A stretch of DNA of 64,000 nucleotides from the human T2T-CHM13v2.0 reference genome, Homo sapiens. The stretch lies in assembly GCF_009914755.1 (NCBI RefSeq), contig NC_060925.1, one strand, 5' to 3'. Under the pieces are notes generated by a model. The model did not search any database. It saw nothing but the letters and a program-made list of their open reading frames with translations, and was not told where the DNA came from. Every line of letters begins with the position of its first letter. Positions within the stretch are counted from its first letter, which is position 1. Below, one piece after another: positions 42,859-55,199 of the stretch. Position numbers and translations under genes: made by a program.

Positions 42859-43429
42859 CCCTCGGGCAAGAAGAATGTTCACAATTTTCTAAGCATTTGA
42901 GTACAATGACCGGAATGGATAATCCTTTCTGTAGACAATTATGTGGCTCTGTCTCCCCTCACTAAGGTCAGCAGACATTTGATACAACTTTATCCATCTC
43001 TTCTTGTCACTGTTGCTGGCTGAGGGGGCCACTTGGCTCCCAGGGAGGAGATTTTGCACACCTGAGGAAACAGACAGCAGACAGCACCAACATGCTTCCC
43101 CTAGACTGCATTTGGACACACACAGCCAGGCAGGGGAACTGAAATTGTAGAGCAGCAGTCTGTGTGGAGTCATTTTAATGTTTTCTTAAACAGTCAGTGA
43201 TGGAAAACTTTGATAACAACTCAAGTGAAAGCTTATGGCTGCGAAAAGCCTCCTCTGTGGATCTGACTGGAAAGGATTCTCTGCTGAATATGGCTTAGAT
43301 GCCTGAGCCCCGTGTTCTTTGGTAAGAAAATTACCGCAAGTCATTCGCCATCTGTGATCCTCAGGGGTGGAATCTTTTGCTGGAAGACACAGTTATTATC
43401 AATCAACCTGTGCTAGCCAACAGGCCTCC

Positions 43430-43660
43430 AGAGCTTCGCGGGTGGGGGGAATGTTGTTACAGAAGAAACGGGAAAGAGGAGCCTTTGTGGGAAAGGGTGG
43501 TTAGTATTCTTGATGGCTTGTCAGAGGCAGTAGTGGCCATAATCACGTGAGTGCAGCACTTGAGCTGGTTCAGAGCTGCAGTGCCTGGAGTCGTGTCTGC
43601 CGGCAGCTGCCGGAGGCGGAAGTGGCGTCCATGGTAGCCACTTCGTCAGGAGGGCTCCTC
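43430..43660. promoter_or_regulatory. Candidate cis-regulatory element (CpG-retaining; E-box and ETS motifs)
   Basis: TCACGTGA at 43543-43550, GGCGGAAGTG at 43615-43624, local CpG excess in non-repeat DNA. Confidence 0.4.
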
Positions 43661-43917
43661 AGGTTTTAGAGCCAGAGCACAACTGTGACTCCTATACCAG
43701 GCACACTGGACCTCAGGAGCCTTGCTGGAGTCTCCTCAGAATTCACAAAAGAAATATGAAGAATTAGGAAGAAAGTTAAAACTTAGTAGAGATCCTCTTT
43801 ATAGATGCAACTTGAGAAACAGCGCACAGATATAGGTTACTCGACTGGAGGAGTTCTGTGTTTGTGTTTTCCTATTATAAAGAGTTCGGGAGAAAGTGGG
43901 GTGCTTGCTAACCATTG

Positions 43918-44128
43918 GTTCTCTCTCCTGTCTCTCTCCTGTCTTTTCTCTCATCTTGCCCTTTCTCTTTTGCCATTGCCCCTTTTCTCATTTTTCGTTC
44001 TCTTATTTGTTCTTTCCTTCTCCCTCCACTTCTCCTTCGCCTTTTCTCTCTTGCTTCTTTCTCTGCTTCACTTCATTCTCCCTGTTCTGTCCTCTCTTCC
44101 AGTCGCCCTTTTTTCCAACCCACCCTTT
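43918..44128. repeat. Polypyrimidine (CT-rich) low-complexity tract
   Basis: About 210 bp dominated by C/T. Source of the L/S/F-rich spurious ORFs at 43805-44156. Confidence 0.85.
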
Positions 44129-44631
44129 GCTATGTTCTGAATTAGTGATTGCCTAAGTGGAAAGATGGAGACAGTTTCAGAAATCCTATTTATTTTAGTT
44201 CATCAGTTGTTACTGCTTACTTTTTGTTTGAATATATTTGGGGTATATTCTCAAAAATATGTTGATAATGGAGTACAGAAATTCTGGTGACTGTTACTCT
44301 CCAATGTCTCTCTTTTCTTCCTAGAACTAACTACTAGTCCTTTCCAGTTCGGGTAGATGGATTATATTTCTTGCATAGTACTTTCAGCATTTATCATTTT
44401 TGGTAAATGAATACCTAATGTGCCGCTAGGGAAGCTAAATTCATACCTATTTCAGCTGGGGTGAGCACTGTGACCTTCTGTTACACATACCTATTGCTGC
44501 CACCAGAGACAGAAGATTGAGTTGGATGCACTATGGGTAGAGACAAGGGCTGGTGCTACTTACTTATCAGAAAGGATTCTTGTAAGAATTAAATGAAATA
44601 ATGGGCATAGAATTTAGAATTAAATAATGTT

Positions 44632-44855
44632 ATGTGCATGGTATGCTACAAAGATTTGGATTCAGACCTCTTTACAAATCTCAGATTCGTCATTTACTAG
44701 CATGCAAACTTGGGCAAGTCACTTTATTCTACTTGAACCTTTTCTTTTCTATAAAATGAGGTCAATAAATAATATTCATTTACAAATTGATCATCAAGGC
44801 AAATGAGATAATACATGAAATCTCCTAAAATAGAGTAGATGCTCACTGAATATCA
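44632..44855 (+). mobile_element. MIR
   Basis: atttggattcagac...catttactagc...acttgggcaagtcactt...ctataaaatgagg...gtagatgctcactgaat. Confidence 0.75.
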
Positions 44856-44894
44856 CCTTACTTCCCTCCACCCAACTATGCATTTATTTATCTG

Positions 44895-45095
44895 TCAAAC
44901 ATTTATATTATGCTCACTTTATGCCATGCACTGTTCTAAGAGCTTTATAAATTTAACTCTTCAATATCATCATAGTCTTTTGAGTACTTACTATTACTAT
45001 CTCGTTTTGCAGATTGGTAAGCTGAAGCAAAGGAGGTTTAATAACTTGTTTAAAGCCTCATGGATAGTAAGTAGCAGAGCCACTAACTGATATTT
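44895..45095 (-). mobile_element. MIR
   Basis: tgctcactttatgccatgcactgttctaag...ttttgcagattggtaagctgaagcaaaggaggtttaataacttg. Confidence 0.72.
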
Positions 45096-46628
45096 TTGTG
45101 CCGACACCTTAATTCAAGCTTTTTTCTCCTTTAACTGAAGATATTATTGCCCTGAGATATTACCTTGAAATCGATATAGATTTTTTTCTTGAGTTTGCAA
45201 ATTTTCTCTCTTAGAAGGCCTGAGGAAAAAATAACATTAAACAAATGCACACTTAATTATGAGTTCATTTTCTGTGTTAATGTAGTAAAGAGGTGAATGA
45301 ATGTCATAAAATATACTCTCATTTGGTTCCACCCTGAGAGAGCCGTTGGATTGCAGCCCCAGTGCTTTTCAGCAGGGAAGCTGGCCAGAGATGCCTGCAG
45401 CCTGCTGGGGAGTGTGTGGGTAGCTCCTCCAGCAGTGTGCCTGCACTCCTCATCTGCACAGAGCATGCACAGTGTTCAAAGGCACACAGATGGGGACTCA
45501 AGTGGGGCCAAGATCACTGGGAAGAGTGTCGGAAAATGAAACCTGGCCAACAGACAGCACCCTTCTGTTTAATCAGAATGCTGGAGCCAGGTCCAGAGAA
45601 TAATGACTACAAACTGGCTGTGCCTTGGGCCTATTCAGCATCTTGTTCTCATTTTCAAGTGTTTGGTCCTTGGGAAGGTCTCAAAGTTCACTTTGCTACT
45701 CGATTATGCTGCCTATTGAGGAATTTTCAAGGCAAAGTGAATTCATGTGACCTGGATTCATTATTATTTAAGATTATTAACACATTTTTAGACCGAATTG
45801 GCAGTAAGGAAAGGGAGGAAGGAAACATCTATTGAGGTCATACCAGGTGCTGGGTGCTGTAGTGGGCACTTCTATGCATGTTAGCTCAACTGACGATACC
45901 AGAGAAGTGGAAATTACTTCAGATTGTCATGAAAAAGACAAATGGAGAAGGTGGGATGCATGAAAAATAGACTTTTAAAATTCCTAAATCAATGCCCTCA
46001 AGTCATCTAAAATGATTAGAAACAGTCTATAGTTGTCTTTTATGAGGAGACAAGAATTATATGTGTTCCTTGTTTTTTTCTCCTTCTGCTTGCTGAAGAG
46101 TTCTGGTTTCACTTGTCTAGTCCTTTTCCTTCCCTTTGTCCTGCCTTGAGAGACTGGTTATATTAAGCTTTTGTGAGGAATTTCAGGTGAGAGGGAATGG
46201 AGGAAGAAAAAAGAGACTTAGGGACACATATTCATACCCATGTGTGTATGTGTATTTATGTGATATATGTATAATTTTATATATGTGATAAATACATACA
46301 CATTACAAATGCAATTATACTATACTTAATCTTTCATATGTTTTAAATCCTTCAAGTTTATTATGAACATCTCCCCATGTCAACACATTTAAAACCACAG
46401 TATCATTATTAATATTGCCTAAAACTCTATACTCAGTATATGTCAATACTTGATTATTGGATATTTAGGTAGTTTCCAGTTTTAGTTTTATCAATAGTGC
46501 AGCAGTGACATCTGAACAAAGTCATTTAAAATGGCACCAGTTACTGTTTCTCAGGGATCAGCTTTATTGTGATTTTTCTTAAATTAGAGGAATCGCCTAT
46601 ATGTTCAAACTAATTTTTTAGATTACTA

Positions 46629-47161
<533 letters not shown>

Positions 47162-49334
47162 TTATTATTTGTTGATGTTACAGAGTATAGAAAATTGGCT
47201 TTTTTTCTTTAAAAGAAGAAACTATGTTTTCTTTTTTTAAAACAACTCACATTGAGCTTTGCTATACTACTTTGTTACCTGAATTGGTAATGGTTTTCTT
47301 TTTTTCTATGTTATAATAGAATCTTTATATTTAAATAAACTTAAATACTTTCAGGCGCTGTGGTCTAGAGCTCACTGAAAGTGTTATGTGTACATGAGCA
47401 GGACCCTCAAGAGCCAACCTGTGTTTTTTGTCTCATTAACTTGGAGGAAGGCATGAGGGGTCAGGGCCTACAATATCACTTGGAAACAAGGAATATAAAG
47501 AAAATCTGGCCTGTTTGGTAAAACTGTGCTTCTCCATGTCTTGCCTCTTTTGATCTCTTGCCTAAGTTTTGTTTTGAAAGGTTAACACTATTCATCTTGT
47601 CATGACTTTAAATAATCAGATTACTTTTCTATGCAACAATGCTCTGTTTTTCCTAAGTTTCCTATTTCTTCAGTGATTCTGGGGTGGGATGGAGAGTGAA
47701 TAGAAATACAGGCATCAACTTTAGTGTTTTCATTGCAATTGTTTTATTTGTGCCCCTCAAGTTGAACCTCTCTGAATGAGTGTGATCATATATCTCACAT
47801 ACTTGGTGTTTTTTCTTCAGATGTTGGGATTCAAATTGTTTGGAAATTTCACATGTTGTAAACCTAACTTAGTGACATCATGTGACCATGTATAAGGGAA
47901 CCTTTATCATTATGTTATTAGGAACCTGATCTCTTTGTCATTCATCTATTTTTTGCCCTGGCTTGTTGGGATTGGATCAAACCAATGGAAATGCCGGAGA
48001 ACTGAGTTAGAAATGCATAGGATGTTAAAAGAACAGAAATTTATGCTTTAAAGTATTACTACTATTAGATTTGTAAGTTTAATTTTTTTTCCTCTGGTGT
48101 TAAATAAATTGCTCAAAGATCTCTGACACCAGAAGGAAATTAGAAGGTAAATGTATGTTGATAACACAGAAGGATCAGAGAGGGAAATCCACTAGCAAAT
48201 AAAAGAAAATAGGAAGAGTAAGTAAGTACATCATTGTAAGCAAAAACTGACAAAAAGGAAAGTTTGAAGCCAGAAACAGTCAAAAAGTTCTTCTAAAAGT
48301 AAGAAAATGTTTATGAGGGGCACATTGGACATATTTTCTATTCTATTGGGGTCTGGAGAGATAGGCAAGTATGAATGAACAGGTGGAATTTAGTTGTTTT
48401 CCAAAACTTGAACAAACAAGAAAGGGTATTTTGGGGTCCAATTAGCAACATTAAGATAAATTTTATATACTGGCTTCCTGGGATTTGTGCCTTCAATTTA
48501 CAAGTTTTGCTGATAAAGAAGAAAATCAATTTTATTTTATTCTATTTCCCAGGGAGATAGCAAAATGCTTGAGGATTTTTTTTGCAAGAGACTTTTTAAT
48601 TAGGACTATTATAGAAATGAGTTAAACAGCCAAATATCAAACCTGAAACGATCTCCTGAGGCAAGAGTGTACATGATCATTAGGTTTGGAGGCAAACTAT
48701 TGTTAAGGATTCTCATATAAGGTATCTTAGTCTCCACAAGCAAAGGTGATCAAATCCAGTTGAACTTGCTTCACACCATATGCCATTGTCCTTCAGTCCC
48801 CCAAGCAGACAAATCAAGCTTGATTACATATGAGATACCAAGGCATCCAGAGAAATGATAGTGGGTGTAAGTCATGCCACAATAGGGTGTGGATAGGTGT
48901 TTCTGGATACGGAGATAGATGGCCACACAATCCTGCTGCCTTCACCCAGCCAGCTCTCAGCTTAAGAGAGGTAGGAAATGAGGCAAGGAAAGGAAGATCT
49001 GAGCCCTTCCTGGAGCTCAGCTGCATCCTGAGGCAGATGTTTAATGGACTAGAAATGATCACATAGAGAATTCCTTGTGTCTAACCTAGAACTAAAGCCT
49101 GTGAGAACACACTCTTAATTTATTTCCATACTGAAGCCCTAACCAGAAGCTTAGATCTTTGCATTCCAACATAAGAAAGAGACAGGGGTTACCAAACTAA
49201 TCTGTGAGAAGTAAAAGAATGTGTGAAAAAAATAACATGAGCCCCAGAGTCTAGAGCAGAAGTGGATAAGATGACCTTACCTATAGTCTTCTAAGCTGAG
49301 ACAACAGGAGGCCAGGCCCCTGGTCGGGAGGATG

Positions 49335-49372
49335 GTGTGTGTGTGTGTGTGTGTGTGTGTACATGTGTGTGT
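49335..49372. repeat. (GT)13 microsatellite plus an imperfect extension
   Basis: Direct reading of the sequence. Confidence 0.95.
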
Positions 49373-49377
49373 AATGT

Positions 49378-49646
49378 GACTTACCCATTAGGCACCATAG
49401 GTGCGGTGCCTTGGGGCCGTGGCAGTTTTAGGGCTCCACAAAAATGTTTTAATCTTTTTTAAAATCAAGAATAAAAAATGAATCTAATAAAAATAATGAA
49501 TATTTATTAATGAATTCAGCATAGATTATATAAACTTGCCTTATGCCAATGTAGTCCTAAAATATGTTTTCATATTTTTTTCTATAGAGGAAGGTACTCA
49601 TGAGGGCAGAAGTGACTAGGGCCAAAAAAGTCATTGTGCAGCTCTG
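49378..49646 (+). mobile_element. ORSL-like hAT-Tip100 MITE
   Basis: acccattaggcacc...gtgccttggggcc...ccacaaaaatgttttaatcttttttaaaatca...aagtgactagggcc...aagtcattgtgcagctctg. Confidence 0.7.
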
Positions 49647-49659
49647 ACAGATTGAATGA

Positions 49660-49965
49660 CCATGAGAGAGACACAGAATGACAACCTCCTGATAGATAGA
49701 TGCAGAGAGATTGGCAGAGAGGAACAGAGACAGAACAGCGAGAAACAGATACAGGAAGATACATGCAGAGTGAGAAACAGGGACAGAGAGACAGAGGGAG
49801 ATGAAAACAGACACACATGCCCACACACAAAGAGAGAAACAGGCAGACACACACCCCCGCGCCCCCTCCCCCATCTGGACCCGCCCCACCAACATCCTGA
49901 CAGATACAGGAAGGCAGAGAGAATGAGACAGATGGAGACACAGGAAAGACATGCAGAACTAGACT
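49660..49965. repeat. GA/GACA-rich low-complexity tract
   Basis: Degenerate (GACA/GAGA)n. Source of the spurious ORFs at 49557-49974. Confidence 0.8.
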
Positions 49966-50127
49966 GACAGCCATAGGCTAAGATGTCACAGGGAACATTC
50001 TACTGGAAGGAGGCAGCCATCAGCTTGGTCTTACTTGTTTCAGCCTCCCAGGATCAAATATGTCTGAAGAGTAACAGGCCTTTCCATCCACTCTTTATTT
50101 TTAGCCACAGAGGAAACAGTAAGAGAG

Positions 50128-50439
50128 AAGAGGGCAGATGCTTCTGTTTACCAGGATTTTAATTGGCTACCTTTGGAGCCTGTGGGCCTAAGCTATGACT
50201 ATTGTCTAGAAGCTTTGGGAGAAAGGTAAAACCACAGTGTAAAATCACAGTGGAAGCTTGGAGCTGAAATGATTATTGTATCTTCTCTAACCTTATACCC
50301 AGTAATGATGTGTTTGTAAGGCCAGTGGTCCAATTTTTTCTGCAGAGTGAACAAACCAGTGGCTCCCCCACTACCTCCATAGAGATGTTTTAACACAGAC
50401 ACATTCTAAACAGCAAACTACATCGGACGCCAGTCTCCT
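50128..50439 (+). repeat. Local direct duplication, copy A (about 310 bp)
   Basis: Aligns end to end with 52040-52360 at roughly 90% identity by manual count. Confidence 0.93.
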
Positions 50440-51814
50440 ATAAATGCTAGAGAGTAGGCCTCCTCCTGGCCTTTATTTTTCCATGTTCCTGGATATATGA
50501 GAGTCTCAAGAGGGAGGTTTGATGCCAACCCCTGCCCTTGACCTTGGGCAACCTTCTTCCCCTTTGTGGGTGGAATGAGGTGCCATGACTTGTTGCTTTT
50601 ATTCACAAAGTGCCTCACTTGTTTATATGAAGCCACCGGCCTCATGGCCATGCCTCAGCCAAACCAACTGGGAATTATGAAGATTGGTTTGAGGCAGGAA
50701 GTGTCCTGGCTCTAGACCTAGGACAGCTGCTTTGATTGTGAGTGCACCAGGAAAGTGGGACAATTGAAGCATGAGGACCTTGTCATTTAATTGAAAGTCA
50801 CAGAGTTCCTTTTCACCTGTGTCATCTCTGGAAAACTGGAGAGAGATGATCTATACAAGACCCAGTAAGATACACACCATTTAAAATGCCCTACAAGAAG
50901 TCACAGTGAAATGAAATAATTTACACCAAAAGGTGTATGTTCTTCAATCTTCTCTGAATTCTGGACTTCTGATCTTGCCAGAGATAGTTGTTAGAAGAAA
51001 TTGATGATAACTTTTTTAAAAAGAAACAAGTTTTAAAACTAGAACTAGCTCAGCCTTCCCTTCATTCAAGGTTGGATAAGCAGTAGTCAGTGAGAACTTG
51101 GGAAAATAGTCTTGAAGAGGAACTGTGTTCACATGTCCTTAGTCATGAAAATCATTTTTAGGTGAAGTGATTTCTCATTTTGCACAAATGATTATAGAGT
51201 GTGTCTGTTTGTGAACTTGGTCATAATTGCTGCCCAACATCATTATGGCGATAATTTGTTTAGCTAAGAGAATAAGAGCAGTTGAAGTTATTTTTAAGTT
51301 TGCATTTTGTCAGTTGTAGGTTTTCTTTTTTCTTCCTTTTTTTTTTTTTTTTGCATTTGATGGCACCAGCTGAGTGTGGGATGGTGCACAAATCCCCTCA
51401 GAAATGGAGTTATTTGGTCACAGTAAACTGAAGCCTCTCCCCAACCGCCAAGATAACAGCAATTACTTTGGATTCATTTTAGTAGGTGTGAAAAGCTCAT
51501 CTGTTTAAAAGATGAGTACTCTGGTTTATATAGGATCCTCTGGTAGCAGCAGGTTAATTAAAGAATGATTCTATCATCCCTAGCCTAAATCGCAGGCATT
51601 ATAAAAGCCAGCCTGCTTTATGACTGTCATGTGAGAAATGTGCACACTGATACCCCAGAATTTGAGCATTGTTAAAAGTTAGTCCATTGGGTGTGTTTGT
51701 TCTTCACATTATCCAGAGCATCTGCCAGTTTCTTCTTTCTTGATTATATGCACCTTTGCAAACAATAGTACAGTTAGCAACACTCTTCTAAGTGTGCCAC
51801 ATTTAATTTGGGGT

Positions 51815-51972
51815 GAGAATACAGCTTTAATTCCATTTTACAGATGAAGAAATGGAGGCACAAAGTTGTTAAGTACCTTTGTCCAAGGTCCTAGAGTTTG
51901 TGAGCAGCAGAAGGGGTTTAGCAATCAGCCTGCCTTGGGAGCCATGTGCTTATTACCTACAATTCACTGCCC
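51815..51972 (-). mobile_element. MIR
   Basis: ccattttacagatgaagaaatggaggcacaaagttgttaagtacctttgtccaaggtc. Confidence 0.8.
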
Positions 51973-52039
51973 AACTGAGAAGTAGCATGGGAGATCACCT
52001 CTCCCACTCATCTTTGAGATGCTGATTCATTATTTGACT

Positions 52040-52360
52040 AAGAGGCCAGACTCTTCTGCTTACCAGGATTTTAATTGGCTACCTTTGGAGCCTGTGGGCC
52101 TAAGGTATGACTGTTGTCTAGAAGCTTTGGGAGAAAGGTGAAATCACTGTAAAATCACAGCGGAAGCTTGGTGCTGAAATGATTATTGTATCTTCTCCAA
52201 CCTTATACCCAGTAACGATGTGTTTGTAAGTCCAATTTTGTGTTTGTGGTCCAATTTTTTCCTGCAGAGTGAAAAAAATAATGGCTCCCCCACCACCTTG
52301 ATATGGATGTTTTAACACTACACATTCTAGACAGCAAACTACATCAGAGACCAGTCTCCT
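52040..52360 (+). repeat. Local direct duplication, copy B (about 320 bp)
   Basis: Shares the identical 45-mer ttaccaggattttaattggctacctttggagcctgtgggcctaag with copy A. Confidence 0.93.
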
Positions 52361-52374
52361 CATCCCTGGAGGCA

Positions 52375-52800
52375 TCACACTGTGTGCTGGGCTCTGGACA
52401 AAGTAACTAGAAGTATAAGTTCTAAGCAGTCCTCACCACTAAGTAACTTGTGGTATAAGAGAGGGAATGGCACACATAATTGTCAAGTCAACCCTTACTG
52501 CAAAGAAGTTCAGATGGGTGGTGCAAGCAGTAACTGCTGTGGAAGCTCAGATGAGGAAGAAAACAGGTCTGGCTGAATGGTATGGGTCTCCAAGAAGAGG
52601 GCAGGATGTGTGCTTGTCTGAGTTTGGGGATAAGATTCAATTTTATTCTAAAAAAAATTGCACTTGGATGAATAGAGAGAAGAACATGCCATGTGCAGAG
52701 ATGTGAGCAGGACTCTGTGAATGTAAAACACAGGTGATGGTCAGAGTCAGATGGGAGAGCTCTATTTTGGGAGTCCTGGATGAGAGGCTGAAAAGATACC
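52375..52800 (-). mobile_element. L2 fragment
   Basis: cactgtgtgctgggctctgg...aactgctgtggaagctcagatgagg...agaacatgccatgtgcagag. Confidence 0.5.
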
Positions 52801-53224
52801 CACCGACCCATGCTCTATTATAGCGAGCAGAAAAATGAACACATTGTGGTTTGCTCATTTCATATATGAAAGTGTGGGGCTCAAAAATCTGATTACTGTG
52901 TATGTCACGTAGAACCACACTTCCCCCTCCAAAGTACGTCTCATGCCATTGTATATTCACATCTTGTCTAAGAAGAAACTGTATCTCTAAGTGCCATAAA
53001 CTCCAATAAAAGCAGGTTTGTTCTTTCCTCCCACTTGTGTTCCTGAAACCTATGTTTATAGGACCTTATGTTACTTACACTTTGGTGTGTTACCTTTAAT
53101 CTCAACCTCTATTTGCTACAAACACCACTGAAAGGTGACAGTTTCATGTGGGATAAACTCTATTGATCTCTGTCTGTAAGGCAAGATGTTTTTCTCAAGC
53201 ATTTTTGGGCACATTTTCTCTGAG

Positions 53225-53422
53225 AGGTAGCATAGGGCAGTGGTCATGAGCATAGATGGAAGTCAGACTGTCTGGGTTCTGATCCCAGCCCTGGCACTTA
53301 TTGCTAGGCAACCTATGGTATGTACTTAACTTCTCTGTGCTTCCGATTACTCATGTTTTTAAAGATTAAATTCAGGCACCATGCTTTAAGAAGCACCTGG
53401 CACATAGTATGGAATAGTTAGC
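53225..53422 (+). mobile_element. MIR
   Basis: gtagcatagggcagtggtcatgagcatag...agtcagactgtctgggttctgatcccagc...acttaacttctctgtgc...cctggcacatagta. Confidence 0.82.
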
Positions 53423-54009
53423 TTACATCATGGGTTCCCAGCAGGGGTGATAGCACCCTCAAGGGGGCAAAAAGTTTAAATTCAGGAATGGTTTCATTAG
53501 GAAAACATTTGCTTAGTGAGGCTTCTTGTGGGGCTGAGGGGTAAGAGGGATGAGTGGAGAGGAAAAAAGTGGTCCAGAAACCCCTGGGTTGCACCAACCC
53601 CATTAAGTTGGACCTGATGAAGCATTGATAGAAGGAATCCCAAAAGAGGTTTACATGTTGTACTTGGAGGCCCGTAACCAATAGAGGGTTTAATCAACAG
53701 GCTTTTTACCTAGGGCCTGATGTAGGCTCCGCCTTAAGGCCATCACATTCACTGCTTGGTTATGTGCACAGGGAGGGAACCAGTGGAAGCCCAACCCCCC
53801 TTCCACAGGGTTCTTGAAGCTAGTCATGAAGGGAACAGAGGGAGGAGGGAATGAGTTGCTTTGCCTGCCTTGCCTGAGGTGGAAATGGCTGTGATAGATG
53901 TGGTGTGACCTGGGCAGAGTGAATAGTAAAAGTTCACATCTACCCAGGATTTTCTGTTTTTCAGAGTAGTTTCACACTCATTATCTCACAAGCACTCTTT
54001 CTCTTTTGA

Positions 54010-54480
54010 AATAGTTTTTAGTTACACATGTAGTAAAGAAATGCATTCCTTTGTAAGAAATTGAAGTATTACTGATAAAAGTAAAAATGCCCCATGAGCC
54101 ACATCTGGTTCCAGTTCCCTGCTCCCTCCACAGGATTAACCCCTGTTAGCACTGTGTGTGTCCAGCACTTGTTTCTATTCATTTATGCTCAGGTAAGACT
54201 ATTTTAAAAAGTACACTATTGCTGTGTAGATCCTTTAACACTAAGGATATCAAACTATATGTAATTTTCTACTTCAAGCTTTTTTTAAAATCATAATATG
54301 TCTTGGAGATGGTTCCATAATAAAACATTCAGATCTACCTCACTCCTTTCAATGACTGCATGCCCATGGAATGAATACCTCATTATTTATTTAGCCATCT
54401 TACTTTCTGGTAAATACTGATATTGTTTCTGTTTTGATTTTTTTAACCACAGCTACGAATGCCACCTCTTTGGGTATGTG
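54010..54480 (-). mobile_element. Ancient L1ME4-like 3' fragment
   Basis: aatatgtcttggagatggttccat...agatctacctcactcctttcaatgactgca...ttatttatttagcca. Confidence 0.6.
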
Positions 54481-55199
54481 GGTACGTGTCTACAGCTGCT
54501 CATTGAGGCAGATATTATCTTTACAGCAAAGGAGACTGAGGCTCAGAGAGGTGACACAGGCAGTGAATAGCATGTCCAGGACCAGAAGCCAGGTCTTTTT
54601 TGTTTTAAATCCAGGTTTGATGGATTTTCTTCCCTCATTCCACAGCTACCTCCCACCCTTATCTCATACTGGGACATTTGCATTTGGCAACTGATTTCCT
54701 AGCAGTAACATCCCTGGGGTGGCCCTACATGTCGCTGCTCCTTTTCTCACTGTAGATGATGGATCAGCTGCTGTGTGTCCCTGAAGGAAGGCAGCTTTCA
54801 GGAGGTGGACAGCTGTGTGTGAATAAAACAGGGGAGGAGGGGATCCACACATACCTGTCCTGACCTATTTACCGAGCGAGCTGTTGAGCCAAAGCAGCAC
54901 CGTGTTATCTAACCACAGCTAAAATTTGAAAGGTCCAACTGAGAAATGTCAGGAGGAAGTAACACTTGAATTATTAAGGAAGTAGGTACTAAAGGAGATG
55001 GAGAAGAATAACCTATGAAACCGGCTTGTTTTGAGCAGGAAAGGAGGAGATGGATGTTCTAAGTGACCGCCATAACTTGAAAATAAAGTGGTTCCTGGGG
55101 CCTACTAAATGTTTAAATTTCAGAGAATCCAAGCTTCTTTTTGATGAGCCTTCTTCAGTATTTTACAACGGCATATCGAAAGGGTTTCTTAATTAAAAT

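Noticed and set aside
43805-44156. Hydrophobic ORFs resembling membrane proteins (also 12574-12798 and 49557-49974)
   Set aside because: Produced by CT-rich low-complexity DNA.
45362-45835. Longest non-repeat ORF (157 aa)
   Set aside because: Starts at GTG rather than ATG, has no recognisable domain or splice context, and its length is compatible with chance in 64 kb x 6 frames.
50199-52378. Two similar minus-strand ORFs (50199-50402 and 52118-52378) as a small paralogous gene pair
   Set aside because: The similarity simply reflects the DNA duplication. Starts and ends differ and a 2-bp indel shifts the frame between copies.
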